Translations under genes and position numbers: made by a program
Part shown: piece after piece, positions 41,283-51,703 of the stretch
How the letters are laid out: the number at the start of each line of letters is the position of its first letter
Position numbering within the stretch: the first letter of the stretch is position 1
Virus record (IMG/VR): IMGVR_UViG_3300046170_000085
Coordinates: 1-57,885 of that record
From: a virus
Taxonomy: Duplodnaviria > Caudoviricetes
DNA length: 57,885 bases
Strand: one strand, 5' to 3'
The notes under the pieces: generated by a model
What the model saw: the letters and a program-made list of their open reading frames with translations, nothing else
Databases searched by the model: none
Told to the model about the DNA's origin: nothing

Positions 41283-41732
41283 ATGGCATTTAGCGGCAAC
41301 TTTATGTGCACATCATTCAAGAAAGAATTGATGACTGCAACACACAACTTTACCAACTCAAGTGGTAATACTTTCAAACTAGCTTTGTATGATAACAGTG
41401 CTTCATTCAACGCAGCTACTACAGCGTATACTACTTCTAACGAGGTATCAAACTCTGGAACGTATGCTGCGGGTGGAGGAACGTTGACAAACGTAACACC
41501 TACTACTTCTGGAACCACAGCGTTTACCGATTTTGCAGATTTAACTTTTACATCTGCAACAATCACGGCTCGTGGTGCGTTGATATATAACACTCAAACA
41601 GCAGGTGGATCTGGCACAACAGATACGGTTGTTGTATTAGACTTTGGATCAAACAAGTCTTCTACATCTGGAGATTTTCAGGTTGTGTTTCCAACGGCTG
41701 ACGCATCTAACGCGATTATTCGTATAGCGTAA
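41283..41732 (+). CDS. Tail/virion structural protein
   Basis: CTSFKKEL, FKLALY, ITARGALIYN, VLDFG. Confidence 0.75.
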   Translation: MAFSGNFMCTSFKKELMTATHNFTNSSGNTFKLALYDNSASFNAATTAYTTSNEVSNSGTYAAGGGTLTNVTPTTSGTTAFTDFADLTFTSATITARGALIYNTQTAGGSGTTDTVVVLDFGSNKSSTSGDFQVVFPTADASNAIIRIA

Positions 41733-41744
41733 GGAAGCTTTCCC

Positions 41745-42721
41745 GTGACTAACATCACAGGTTGGGGGCGTGGAACATGGGGCGAGGGCGCTTGGAATGA
41801 AGCGGTCCCTGTCCGTGTGGGGCACACCATCAACGGTTGGGGTGAGTTAGGTTTTGGGAACACAGCTTGGGGCGGTGAAAAATCTACTTTTGCCGCAATG
41901 CAAGGTCAAGTTGGCACTGCTACCAAAAGAGATGATATCAATGTTCCAACTACAGGATTACAGGCCGCAGGATCTGTTGGAAGCGTCACTGCAAAAGGCA
42001 ATAATACAGTTCTTCCTGTAGGTCTTGCGGCTACAGGATCTGTTGGAACAGTAAGCCTTAAAACGGATCAAAACAACGTACTGGTTACTGGCATATCTGC
42101 CACGGGTGTCGTTGATACGGCAACCGTTGTTCAAGGTGGGGGTGTTGATGTTCGTGTTCTTCGATCCCCTTGGGGTTTAGGCGGCTTTGGGGATGGTGCT
42201 TGGAGCGGCATTGTTGATCTGACAATGACAGGATCTGTTGGCTCCATAAGCTTTAATGGTGCCGTAGATGTAAATGTCACTGGAATCGCAGCCACTGGAG
42301 AAGTAGGCAGCTTAACGATCATTGATGGTGATGGGGTGATTGTATCTCTCACTGGAATCGCGGCAACGGGCGCAGTTGGAACGGCCTCCGTTATTGGTGA
42401 TGCTGACAATATACCCACCACGGGCATTGCAGCTACAGGGTCGGTTGGGTCAGTTTCACTCAAAACCTTCCAAAGAGTTCCTGTGTTCGCAGGAGACATA
42501 ACTGCAACAGGTCAAGTTGGTAGCGCAACAATCGTTGCTCCTGCCTCTGTATCTGTTACAGGTATTAGCACTAGCGCAACTGTAGGATCTGTGTTAGTTT
42601 ACGGTAATATAATTCCTGCTCCAGGGACAAGTTGGACTGGTGTGGCTCCAAATCCTAGGTAGTACATGGACAGGAGGAGCAGCCTAATCCAAACACAACT
42701 TGGACAGAAATAGCAGCGTAA
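41745..42721 (+). CDS. Gly/Val/Thr-rich tail protein with TG.AATG.VG repeats (C-terminal indel near 42655)
   Basis: GWGRGTWGEGAW and repeated TGIAATGSVG. Confidence 0.7.
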
Positions 42722-42733
42722 AGGTAGGGAAAA

Positions 42734-43423
42734 ATGGCAACCTATACAACAAATGGCGGTATCAAAAAGATTGCGACAGGTGATGAATCTGGACATGGGG
42801 TACGTCAACAAATACAAACTTTGATATCATTGACAGGCTTTCTGTAGGTGTTGGAGATATAACACTCTCAGGAACAACGCATACACTGACTACATCAGAT
42901 GGGTCTGCATCAGACGGTCAGTACCATGTTCTTGTGTTAGGCGGCTCACCTTCTGGTACAAATACTATTACAATAGCACCTAATGACTCAAAAAGATTGT
43001 ATCTTGTAAAAAATAACTCAGGTCAGACAGCTACATTCTCTCAGGGATCTGGTGCTAATGTAAGCGTAACAAACGGCAAGTCTGCGATTATATACGCTGA
43101 TGGCGCAGGATCAGGCGCAGCGGTGGTAGATCTTACCTCAACATTTGCTTCCGTACCTGTCACAGGCGGCTTACTAGCTGCAAACAATTTATCAGATGTT
43201 GCGAATGCAGGAACATCTAGATCGAACTTAGGGCTTGCAATAGGCACAAACGTGTTGGCTTATGACGCAAACCTACAGAGCTTTTGTAACGGCTCTTACC
43301 CTACCTACATCTGATGGGACAAACGGGCAAGCGTTGGTTACAAATGGTAGTGGTACTGTTAGTTTTGGCAGTGCTGGAATTGGAACTGGTAAGGCCATAG
43401 CTATGGCTATTGTTTTTGGTTAA
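42734..43423 (+). CDS. Tail fibre-related protein, frameshifted
   Basis: MATYTTNGGIKKIATGDESG(T)WG..; LLAANNLSDV..SRSNLGL; ends GKAIAMAIVFG. Confidence 0.65.
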
Positions 43424-43436
43424 AGGAGGCTAAGAT

Positions 43437-43814
43437 ATGGCTGCACCGAACATTGTAAATGTAAGCTCAATACTAGGAAAAACCGCAGTGGTTGCGTTGG
43501 GTTCAACATCACAGACTACACTTCTAAGTAACGCAGCATCGAGTGATGATGTTTTAAAAGTGAACATGATTCAAGTTGCTAACATAGACGGCACAAATGC
43601 TTGTGATATAACTATAGACGTACACAGCGCGGCATCAGGTGGGGGCACAGCATACTCGCTTGTTGCAACCGTATCTGTTCCTGCTGATGCATCATTAGTT
43701 GTGTTGGACAAAAGCACCGCGATTTATCTTGAAGAGAATACTTCGATAACTGCAACTGCGGGTACTGCAAGCGATTTAGAAGTAATTGTAAGCTACGAGC
43801 AAATCACCGACTAA
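43437..43814 (+). CDS. Tail fibre-associated structural protein
   Basis: MAAPNIVNV..VPADASL..IYLEE..SYE; AAGGAGG RBS. Confidence 0.7.
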   Translation: MAAPNIVNVSSILGKTAVVALGSTSQTTLLSNAASSDDVLKVNMIQVANIDGTNACDITIDVHSAASGGGTAYSLVATVSVPADASLVVLDKSTAIYLEENTSITATAGTASDLEVIVSYEQITD

Positions 43815-43826
43815 TAGGAGTCGCAC

Positions 43827-45251
43827 ATGGCTAGAGGTAGAGGCGGCTTTATAGGTCAAGACGGGCTGAACGCACCAGACAGCCCTACAGCGGTTAGTGG
43901 CACAGCAGGTAATCAGCAAGTAACAGTTAGTTGGACTAATCCTACTGACGTTGGTGGGTCGGCTATTAATGGGTATGTAATTAGTTCAACTCCTTCTGTA
44001 CCAATAAGCCCCCCGTCATTAACAAATGCATCATATACTAGCAAATCTTTTAGTCTTGCTAGTCAAGGAAGCGGCGATATTCATTATGGAATGACTTTTA
44101 ACAGTGACGGAACAAAGGCTTATTTCACTGGCTATGGGGCGGCATCTATCTTTCAATATTCGTTGTCAACCGCTTGGGATATTTCAACAACTTCTTACGA
44201 TAACGTGACGTTAAGCACTTCTGGTCAAACGAGTTCTGGTCAGTCAGGGCTAGTGTTTAGTCCTGATGGAACTAAGCTCTATATGGTCAGTTATAACACT
44301 GACACCGTTTATCAGTACGCTCTAACAACTCCGTATGACCTATCATCAGGTAGTTATGCAAGCAAAAGCCTAAGCGTATCTTCTCAGGACAGTAATCCGC
44401 AAGATATGTATATTAAATCTGATGGCACAAAACTTTATGTTTTAGGGGACACTAACAATTCGGTATTCCAATATAGCATGTCAACACCCTTTGATTTGGC
44501 AACAGCATCATACGACAGTGTAAGTTTTGCTACTACTTCACAACAAACAAACCCAACTGGATTGTTTTTTTCTCCAGATGGCACAACAATGTTGATTTGT
44601 GGGTATGCCCCTAAATCGGCTGATAAGTACACTTTAAGTACCCCTTGGGTCGTGTCATCTGCTTCGCATGTTAAGTCGTATACTTTGACAGAACTAAGTT
44701 CGGGGTATCCTAATTCTATTTTTGCAGGGAACGATCTAAGTAATATGTTTGTTGCGGGGGGCAACGCAAGCAATACAGACGGTAGTGTATTTCAGTACAG
44801 CGTGGGTATGCCAACTGGATCGCCGTTTGTTTACAAAGGATTATCCAACGGCACTGCCTATACGTTCAACGTCTGGGCAATTAATGCGTTTGGTTATTCT
44901 GCGCCTAGTGATGCGAGTACGGGTGTAACTCCTGCAAATCTTGGTCGGGCAATATTCGGTGGCGGTTCAGAGTATGGAGCAACTGTGGAGTATGTTGAAA
45001 TAGCTTCTTTAAGCAATTCTATTGATTTTGGTGATTTAGCAGCTTCAACAACAGGAACAGCGGCTTGTTCTTCCTCAACTAGAGGAGTGTTTGGGGGTGG
45101 ATATGCAGGAGGATATTTAAATGTTATGCAGTATTTTACTATAGCCTCAACGGGAAACTCTACAGATTTTGGTGATACAGTGTCATCTCTCACGGAACTA
45201 ACAGGGTTAGCAAACTCTACCAGAGGTTTGTATTTAGGAGGTTCTAATTAA
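43827..45251 (+). CDS. Receptor-binding/fibre protein: FN3 domain with inserted beta-propeller, then TGN.TDFGD repeats
   Basis: FN3 halves flanking FSPDGTK.Y/QY.LST.WD repeats. Confidence 0.75.
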   Translation: MARGRGGFIGQDGLNAPDSPTAVSGTAGNQQVTVSWTNPTDVGGSAINGYVISSTPSVPISPPSLTNASYTSKSFSLASQGSGDIHYGMTFNSDGTKAYFTGYGAASIFQYSLSTAWDISTTSYDNVTLSTSGQTSSGQSGLVFSPDGTKLYMVSYNTDTVYQYALTTPYDLSSGSYASKSLSVSSQDSNPQDMYIKSDGTKLYVLGDTNNSVFQYSMSTPFDLATASYDSVSFATTSQQTNPTGLFFSPDGTTMLICGYAPKSADKYTLSTPWVVSSASHVKSYTLTELSSGYPNSIFAGNDLSNMFVAGGNASNTDGSVFQYSVGMPTGSPFVYKGLSNGTAYTFNVWAINAFGYSAPSDASTGVTPANLGRAIFGGGSEYGATVEYVEIASLSNSIDFGDLAASTTGTAACSSSTRGVFGGGYAGGYLNVMQYFTIASTGNSTDFGDTVSSLTELTGLANSTRGLYLGGSN

Positions 45252-45802
45252 TGGGTCGATATAATACTATACAGTATATTACTATAGCTTCTACAGGGAA
45301 CGCTACAGATTTTGGAGATTTATCAACTGCTGCATATCGGATGGGGGAATGTTCGAGTCCAACTAGGGGCTTAGTTGGTATGGTTGCTGATGGCTCTGCC
45401 TCAAATGTTATTGAGTATGTCACCATAGCTTCCACTGGAAACTCTACAGATTTTGGAGACTTGACAGAGAGTAGGCGTTCAGGAACAGGGTTTAGTTCAA
45501 ATACACGAGGTTGTTTTGCTTGTGGTGAAACAGGCGGCGGTTCAACTAGAGTAACGGTAGATTATGTCACTATAGCGTCTACAGGAAACGCCATAGATTT
45601 TGGGGACGCTACAAGAGGTCATACTTATGGAACTGCAACATCGGGCAATACACGGGGTTTAGTGTTAGCAGGAGAAGGTAATAATGTCATTGAATATTTT
45701 ACGATAGCATCTACAGGTAACGGCACAGATTTTGGCGATACAAGTCAAAGTGGCAATCAGAGATTTGGCTCTTGCTCATCTGCTCACGGAGGGATTTCAT
45801 AA
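45251..45802 (+). CDS. Continuation of the TGN.TDFGD repeat protein (split or frameshifted)
   Basis: Repeat register continues across the TAATG junction. Confidence 0.65.
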   Translation: MGRYNTIQYITIASTGNATDFGDLSTAAYRMGECSSPTRGLVGMVADGSASNVIEYVTIASTGNSTDFGDLTESRRSGTGFSSNTRGCFACGETGGGSTRVTVDYVTIASTGNAIDFGDATRGHTYGTATSGNTRGLVLAGEGNNVIEYFTIASTGNGTDFGDTSQSGNQRFGSCSSAHGGIS

Positions 45803-46779
45803 TGCCAAATTATCAAGGTGTATGGTCGCTCTCGACGCAGATGCAGGCAAAAGGTGACAATAACTGGCCTGCAAACTATGTTACACCAATTGCAGTTAAC
45901 ATGAGGGCAGGCACTACTGGTAATACTACAAATGCTTATACTACATTTAATTTAAGTTCTCAGGGCAACGCTTCGAATTTTGGTAACGCTGATGTTAATA
46001 GAACCCAATTCGGGAGATTGTCTTCAACGACCAGAGGTGTGTTCGCGGGAGATCAAAACGCTTCTTCTGGAACTAGTATAGAATACATTACGATAGCTTC
46101 AGCAGGTAATGGAACTGATTTTGGTAATCTAACGGCTTCGTATTATCAGTTTGATGGAGCATCTAATTCAACTCGTGGTCTCTTTTTTGTTACAAATCAA
46201 AATGCTATTAGTAATGCAATTGAATACATTACAATAGCTTCTACAGGAAATTCTTCTGATTTCGGTGACAGTCTTGCGGCGCGTCGAGGAAATGCCGCAA
46301 CATCTAGCTCAACAAGGGCGCTTGAGGCGTTAGCCTACGTCAGTGGAACAGGTCAAGTAAATACCGTTGACTATGTTACGATAGCAAATACAGGAAATGC
46401 TATTGATTTCGGAGATCTTTCGTCATTACACGCATACAAGTGCGGCGCTTTTTCTTCTTCCACTAAAGCCTTTTTTGCAGCGGGTGGTGGAAGTACAGGT
46501 ACTGGTTTTCAAATTATTGATCAGTTTACAATAGCCTCCACTGGAAACGCTACTGATTGGGGTGATTTATTAGCGGGTTATAACGCTCCCGGCGCTACAT
46601 CTAGCACTGTTTATGGATTTATTGTTGGGGGTTATACCAACGCGGGTGCGACAGGAGTGGTTGACACCATTCAAAATGTTTCTCTTTCTAGCGCAGGCAA
46701 CTCATCGGACTGGGGAGATTTAACTGTAGCAGGTTATAATAATAGAACGGTGTCGAGCGTCCACGGGGGAGTAGCATAA
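45802..46779 (+). CDS. Repeat (propeller-like) fibre paralog 2
   Basis: YQGVWSL head; IEYITIASTGN.SDFGD repeats; ends HGG. Confidence 0.75.
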   Translation: MPNYQGVWSLSTQMQAKGDNNWPANYVTPIAVNMRAGTTGNTTNAYTTFNLSSQGNASNFGNADVNRTQFGRLSSTTRGVFAGDQNASSGTSIEYITIASAGNGTDFGNLTASYYQFDGASNSTRGLFFVTNQNAISNAIEYITIASTGNSSDFGDSLAARRGNAATSSSTRALEALAYVSGTGQVNTVDYVTIANTGNAIDFGDLSSLHAYKCGAFSSSTKAFFAAGGGSTGTGFQIIDQFTIASTGNATDWGDLLAGYNAPGATSSTVYGFIVGGYTNAGATGVVDTIQNVSLSSAGNSSDWGDLTVAGYNNRTVSSVHGGVA

Positions 46780-48059
46780 TGTCAGAGAAGCGTTATCAAG
46801 GAAACATTATAAGCAAGACTCCAGTTACTCCGACAGCAAATTCAAGTTCAAGCTACGGCACGGCAAGCGGTGTTTGGTCATTAGCTGAAGCTAAAGCTTT
46901 TTCAGCGGCAAGTAAATGGCCTGTGCCTGCTACAGTTCCTGCTGCCCCAACTATAGGGACAGCAAGCGGTGGTGAAGGTAATGCGTCTGTAGCTTTTACC
47001 GCTAATGCAACTGGTGGTTTTGATATCACATCTTTTACGGCTACTTCTAATCCAGGCAGTATCACGGGAAGTGGAAGCTCCTCCCCAATCACTGTTTCAG
47101 GTTTAACTAACGGAACAGCCTATACATTTACAGTAACGGCTACCAATCCTGTAGGAACGAGCGCCGCTAGTTCCGCAAGTAATAGTGTAACTCCCGCAGT
47201 CAATTTAACTGATGTAGGGTTTTTCTATGCGGGACGGGTTGGTACTAATGCAATCAATAAAATTAGCATACCTTCAACAGGTAACGCTACAGGTTATGGT
47301 AATTTAGGTTACACCAATGCGTATACGGGTATAGATATTGGAGGAAATGCCACAAGAGGTTTGATAATGTGGGGCGAATTAGGGTTTAGCGTCACCAACG
47401 AAGTTACTCTTTTTGAATATGCCACAACTGGAACCAACGGAGACTTTGGGGATTTAACAGTGGCTAGACGTTCGGCTGCGGTAATGTCAAACAGTACACG
47501 TATAGTCTTTGCTCAAGGGTATGCAGGGGGTCAAACCAATGTTATAGACTACTTTACTATTGGCTCTACAGGGAATGCCACTGATTTTGGCGACAGTAAT
47601 GAGAATGGTAACATGGGTAAGGGTTTAGGAAGTTCCACCAGAGGTGTTTATAATAATGGTACGGCAGATTCTGGTAAAACTAGTATAGCTTACATTACGA
47701 TTGCTTCTACAGGGAACGCTTCTGATTTTGGAGATACAACGGTTAATATGAACCAGAACGCAGCAGGGTCAAACTCAACAAGAGGAATATTTTTTGGAGG
47801 TAATAACGGGGGGGATCAAATAAATTACATTACGATTGCTTCTACAGGGAACGCTTCTGATTTTGGTGATTTGTCTCAGGATAACAACAGTAGTGGTGCA
47901 GCGGCAAGTTCAACTAGATGTGTTACTGCGATTATGGATGGTTATAATATTTTGGAATATGTAACGATATCTTCCACAGGTAACTCTACAGATTTCGGTG
48001 ATCTTACTTGGAGTAGTAACTATGGTGGTGGATCATCTACAGCACACGGCGGTTTGTAA
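46779..48059 (+). CDS. Repeat (propeller-like) fibre paralog 3 with intact FN3
   Basis: ASGVWSL, FN3 (GLTNGTAYTFTVTATN), TGN.TDFGD repeats; ends HGGL. Confidence 0.75.
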   Translation: MSEKRYQGNIISKTPVTPTANSSSSYGTASGVWSLAEAKAFSAASKWPVPATVPAAPTIGTASGGEGNASVAFTANATGGFDITSFTATSNPGSITGSGSSSPITVSGLTNGTAYTFTVTATNPVGTSAASSASNSVTPAVNLTDVGFFYAGRVGTNAINKISIPSTGNATGYGNLGYTNAYTGIDIGGNATRGLIMWGELGFSVTNEVTLFEYATTGTNGDFGDLTVARRSAAVMSNSTRIVFAQGYAGGQTNVIDYFTIGSTGNATDFGDSNENGNMGKGLGSSTRGVYNNGTADSGKTSIAYITIASTGNASDFGDTTVNMNQNAAGSNSTRGIFFGGNNGGDQINYITIASTGNASDFGDLSQDNNSSGAAASSTRCVTAIMDGYNILEYVTISSTGNSTDFGDLTWSSNYGGGSSTAHGGL

Positions 48060-48069
48060 GGGAGAAAAC

Positions 48070-48948
48070 ATGCCAAAAGACACAACACAAGAAATAGCCT
48101 TAACAACACCCGACATTAAAATTCAGCTTCCACAAGCGAAGCCTGAGTATAAATCTATGTTGGCGAATATACAGGAAAAAGCTCCTGCAATCGCACAGGC
48201 GTCTAGTAACTTTTATAAGTCACACTCACAGATGATGAGCGTCACACTCGATGTTACGGCTATCACACCTATACGTTCCGTAAAGCACAGTCTTGCTGAG
48301 ATAGAAAAGACCAAGTCGGCTTTGCAAGAAGGCTACTTCAAGATGAAGAAGGAAGAAGTAAAGCTCAAGAAGCTAGAGCGTAAGCTCCTAGAAGAAGAAG
48401 ATGATCTTGAACGTGAGATGCTTGAGATCAAGATTAATGAAAAGCAGGCACAGGCGGCAAGCTCTCGTGGATATGTAGAAGCTGCGGTTCGTAAGCTAAA
48501 TTTCTTTACCAATCAGTATGACAACCTAATGAAAAAGATAGGTAAGGATGAGCTTACTGAAGAGGATTATGAGTTAGAAGAAATTAAGTACCACATTATG
48601 ACAAACATGAAACAGGCGTTGAACGCGGCTCGTTCTCGTGGTGGTCAGATTGACGAGGGTAATTTAATTTATTTATTTGATCTAGGAATTAACGCAGCAC
48701 AAGCCCAAGCTGAAGTGTTTGCCTACCTTCAATGGGAAAATGAATTAATAAAAGAGGGCAAAGCACCAGAACATTATCACACAGTACAGTGGCTAGAAGC
48801 GTGTGCTGAAAGATGGGCGCATTGCCCAGGAGATTTTGCTAACAGCCGTGGTTTTGATATACTAGACAAAACATCATTAACCAACACCCCCCAGATAGAG
48901 GATAAAAAAAATGGCACACAAAGTAGTAAAGTACAGACTAGAAAGTGA
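48070..48948 (+). CDS. Coiled-coil hypothetical protein (possible fibre chaperone)
   Basis: AAGGGAG RBS; heptad-rich. Confidence 0.7.
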   Translation: MPKDTTQEIALTTPDIKIQLPQAKPEYKSMLANIQEKAPAIAQASSNFYKSHSQMMSVTLDVTAITPIRSVKHSLAEIEKTKSALQEGYFKMKKEEVKLKKLERKLLEEEDDLEREMLEIKINEKQAQAASSRGYVEAAVRKLNFFTNQYDNLMKKIGKDELTEEDYELEEIKYHIMTNMKQALNAARSRGGQIDEGNLIYLFDLGINAAQAQAEVFAYLQWENELIKEGKAPEHYHTVQWLEACAERWAHCPGDFANSRGFDILDKTSLTNTPQIEDKKNGTQSSKVQTRK

Positions 48949-49264
48949 CGGCACTATACCAACTTGGTTGAAGTTTGGTGTTACGCAGAGAACAGGCGGC
49001 ATGTATCCTGTTGCAGATAGTGGTACAGCTAGTCCACAAGATTGGATTATGATTGGCATATCTGCTGATGGTTCAGATATTTCTGGTGCAATTGAGGAAA
49101 TAACATCTAAAGATAATCTACAGACCTACCTTACTGCGCAAGCATCAGCAGGCAGTTGGACAGACCCTGCACCAACAGATGAAGATCCAGATGCAACAAC
49201 AACTTTTGACGCGGCTGCACATGCTCAACGTGTTTGGGATGATTTAGACGCACTTAACGCATAG
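48911..49264 (+). CDS. Hypothetical protein
   Basis: ORF with coding-like composition. Confidence 0.65.
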   Translation: MAHKVVKYRLESDGTIPTWLKFGVTQRTGGMYPVADSGTASPQDWIMIGISADGSDISGAIEEITSKDNLQTYLTAQASAGSWTDPAPTDEDPDATTTFDAAAHAQRVWDDLDALNA

Positions 49265-49272
49265 GATGCTAG

Positions 49273-51183
49273 ATGCCCCTGACCAAACTTCAGTTCAAAC
49301 CCGGTGTCAATCGAGAGACTACCTCTTACACTAACGAGGGCGGGTGGTTCGACGTAGACAAAGTACGTTTTCGCTTTGGTATGCCTGAAAAGATTGGCGG
49401 TTGGCAGAAGTTTACGCCTGCATCATACTTAGGCACATCAAGAGCTATGCACCCTTGGGTTGCTTTAGATAATGGCCGATTGATAGGTATTGGCACATCT
49501 CTTAAATACTACATCAACCAAGATGGTGGTGCCTTTAATGATATAACCCCGATTAGAAGTACGACAGCAGCAGGAGATGTAACCTTCGCTGCAACCAATG
49601 GATCATCTGTAATCACTGTAACAGATGCATCTCACGGGGCGGTGGTAAATGACTTTGTAACCTTTAGTGGTGCAGCCACTCTTGGCGGCAACATAACCGC
49701 AACCGTATTAAACCAAGAGTACAACATTACAGAAATAATAAACGCCAATAGCTACAAGATTTCTGCTCGTGCCGCAGGTACGGCATTACAAGATATAACT
49801 GTAAACGGAGCATTAGTTCCTAGCTTAGTAACCGCAAGTGGATCAGACTCAGGCAACGGTGGTGGATCTATAGTTGGAACCTATCAAGTAAGTGTTGGAC
49901 TAGATACAACTGCAACAGGTGCGGGTTGGGGTGTAGGAACTTGGGGTCGTAACGGTTGGGGTCAGGCAGCTACCACACCTATTGTTACAAACACCTTGCG
50001 TATCTGGTCACATGATAACTTTGGTGAGGATCTGCTTATCAACGTGCGTAACGGTGGTATATACTATTGGGATAAAACAAACGGTTTTGCTACGAGAGCC
50101 GTAAGCCTAGATTCGATTGCCGGATCTACGAGTGCACCTACCATAGCAAAACAAATCTTAGTATCAGACCGGGACCGACACATCATAGCATTTGGTTGTG
50201 ACACAGAGGCTAATCCGGGTGTTCAAGATCCATTGGCTATACGGTTCTCGTCCCAAGAATCTTTAACCGACTGGGCATCCACAGCGACCAATACAGCAGG
50301 AGAGTTGCGTCTCGGTTCTGGTTCAGAGATTGTTGCAGCAGTAGAAACAAGACAACAGATCTTGGTGTACACGGACGAATCCTTGTATGCCATGCAGTTC
50401 TTGGGTCCACCGTTTACTTTTGGTGTAAACCTTGTGTCAGAAAACATTACGACTATGGGTCCGTTATCCGCTGTGGCTGTAGAAGACAACGTATTCTGGA
50501 TGGGACTGAAAGAGTTCTATGCTTACGGTGGTACGGTACAAAGACTGCCTTGTTCTGTCAGAGATTTTGTATTTGATGACTTTAACTTATTACAACGAGA
50601 GAAGGTTGTAGCTGCAACTAATACAGCTTTCTCTGAGGTCTGGTGGTTTTATCCATCTGCAAGCAGCGACAATAACGATAGATATGTAGTTTACAATTAC
50701 GAGCAACAGGTTTGGTATTATGGGGCACTTGCTAGAAGCTTTTGGATGGATCGTGGTATCTTCGACAACCCAATTGCAGCAGGGCCAAACAATTATCTCT
50801 ACACTCAAGAGTCTGGATTTGATGACGATGGGGCTGCAATTACTGCATATATTGAATCAAGCCAAGTGGACATTGGAGATGGAGAGCAGTTTTCTTTCAT
50901 ACGTCGTATGATACCAGATCTGACATTCAGAGGATCAACGGCGGGTAGCCCATCTGCAAACATAACGGTCAAGACACGTAACTTCCCTGGAGGTAATTAC
51001 CTTCAGTCAACATCGAGTGCTGTAACAAAGACGGCATCAGTGCCTGTTGAACAGTTTACGGATCAAGTACATTTAAGATTACGGGGTCGTAGCTTTGCTA
51101 TGCGTATAGAATCTACGGCCTCTGGAGTGGGGTGGCGATTGGGATCACCAAGACTAGATGTGCGTCCTGATGGGAGGAGATAG
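49273..51183 (+). CDS. Tail nozzle / packaged-DNA stabilisation protein
   Basis: FKPGVNRE, VRFRFG.PEKIGGW, IRFSSQE, EVWWFYPS; precedes ejection genes. Confidence 0.75.
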   Translation: MPLTKLQFKPGVNRETTSYTNEGGWFDVDKVRFRFGMPEKIGGWQKFTPASYLGTSRAMHPWVALDNGRLIGIGTSLKYYINQDGGAFNDITPIRSTTAAGDVTFAATNGSSVITVTDASHGAVVNDFVTFSGAATLGGNITATVLNQEYNITEIINANSYKISARAAGTALQDITVNGALVPSLVTASGSDSGNGGGSIVGTYQVSVGLDTTATGAGWGVGTWGRNGWGQAATTPIVTNTLRIWSHDNFGEDLLINVRNGGIYYWDKTNGFATRAVSLDSIAGSTSAPTIAKQILVSDRDRHIIAFGCDTEANPGVQDPLAIRFSSQESLTDWASTATNTAGELRLGSGSEIVAAVETRQQILVYTDESLYAMQFLGPPFTFGVNLVSENITTMGPLSAVAVEDNVFWMGLKEFYAYGGTVQRLPCSVRDFVFDDFNLLQREKVVAATNTAFSEVWWFYPSASSDNNDRYVVYNYEQQVWYYGALARSFWMDRGIFDNPIAAGPNNYLYTQESGFDDDGAAITAYIESSQVDIGDGEQFSFIRRMIPDLTFRGSTAGSPSANITVKTRNFPGGNYLQSTSSAVTKTASVPVEQFTDQVHLRLRGRSFAMRIESTASGVGWRLGSPRLDVRPDGRR

Positions 51184-51479
51184 TGTCACGAAACCTGATC
51201 CTTCCGTTCTTCGCTGTACCACCAACGCAATACGACCAACAATACTTCGCAAACCTAACGCGGAGTTTTGCCATATATATGGAGCAACAACAAAACCCTG
51301 GAGAAGAAAGGGCAACGAAGCTTACAATAACAGACTTACAGACTGATGATTCAGGTCTAGAAAATGGAGCATTGTTTCAACAGGATGGTTTTGTTAAGAT
51401 AGCATTAATCAATAAACCGCATGTCCGTGGTTCTGGGGCAACAGGTGCGGTAGGAACGGTAACGGTGACAACGACATGA
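51183..51479 (+). CDS. Hypothetical tail protein
   Basis: PPTQYDQQYF; coupled ORF. Confidence 0.65.
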   Translation: MSRNLILPFFAVPPTQYDQQYFANLTRSFAIYMEQQQNPGEERATKLTITDLQTDDSGLENGALFQQDGFVKIALINKPHVRGSGATGAVGTVTVTTT

Positions 51480-51703
51480 GTGATACAATTTTAGTAATGT
51501 CAAACGGTTCTAAGTGGAAACCTTCGACAAGTTCTGATACAGTGCATTGTGTAAACTGTGAGAACGCAGTTGACACGCCTGAAGAGATTGCAAGCTACCC
51601 TAGCGGAAACTGTCCAGATTGTGGACAAGCTTGGACAGGATCTGAAAGACGTAGCACAAGTATTATGGTGACGGCACCAGAAGCAATTTCAGGAGAGGCA
51701 TGA
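51476..51703 (+). CDS. Small zinc-ribbon protein
   Basis: CVNC...CPDCG. Confidence 0.65.
   Translation: MSDTILVMSNGSKWKPSTSSDTVHCVNCENAVDTPEEIASYPSGNCPDCGQAWTGSERRSTSIMVTAPEAISGEA

Noticed and set aside
40328-43423. Pseudogenised tail genes or stop-codon recoding
   Set aside because: Breaks are frame changes, not in-frame stops of one type; consistent with long-read indels
43827-48059. Diversity-generating retroelement acting on the fibre repeats
   Set aside because: No reverse transcriptase and no template/variable repeat pair with adenine-specific differences seen
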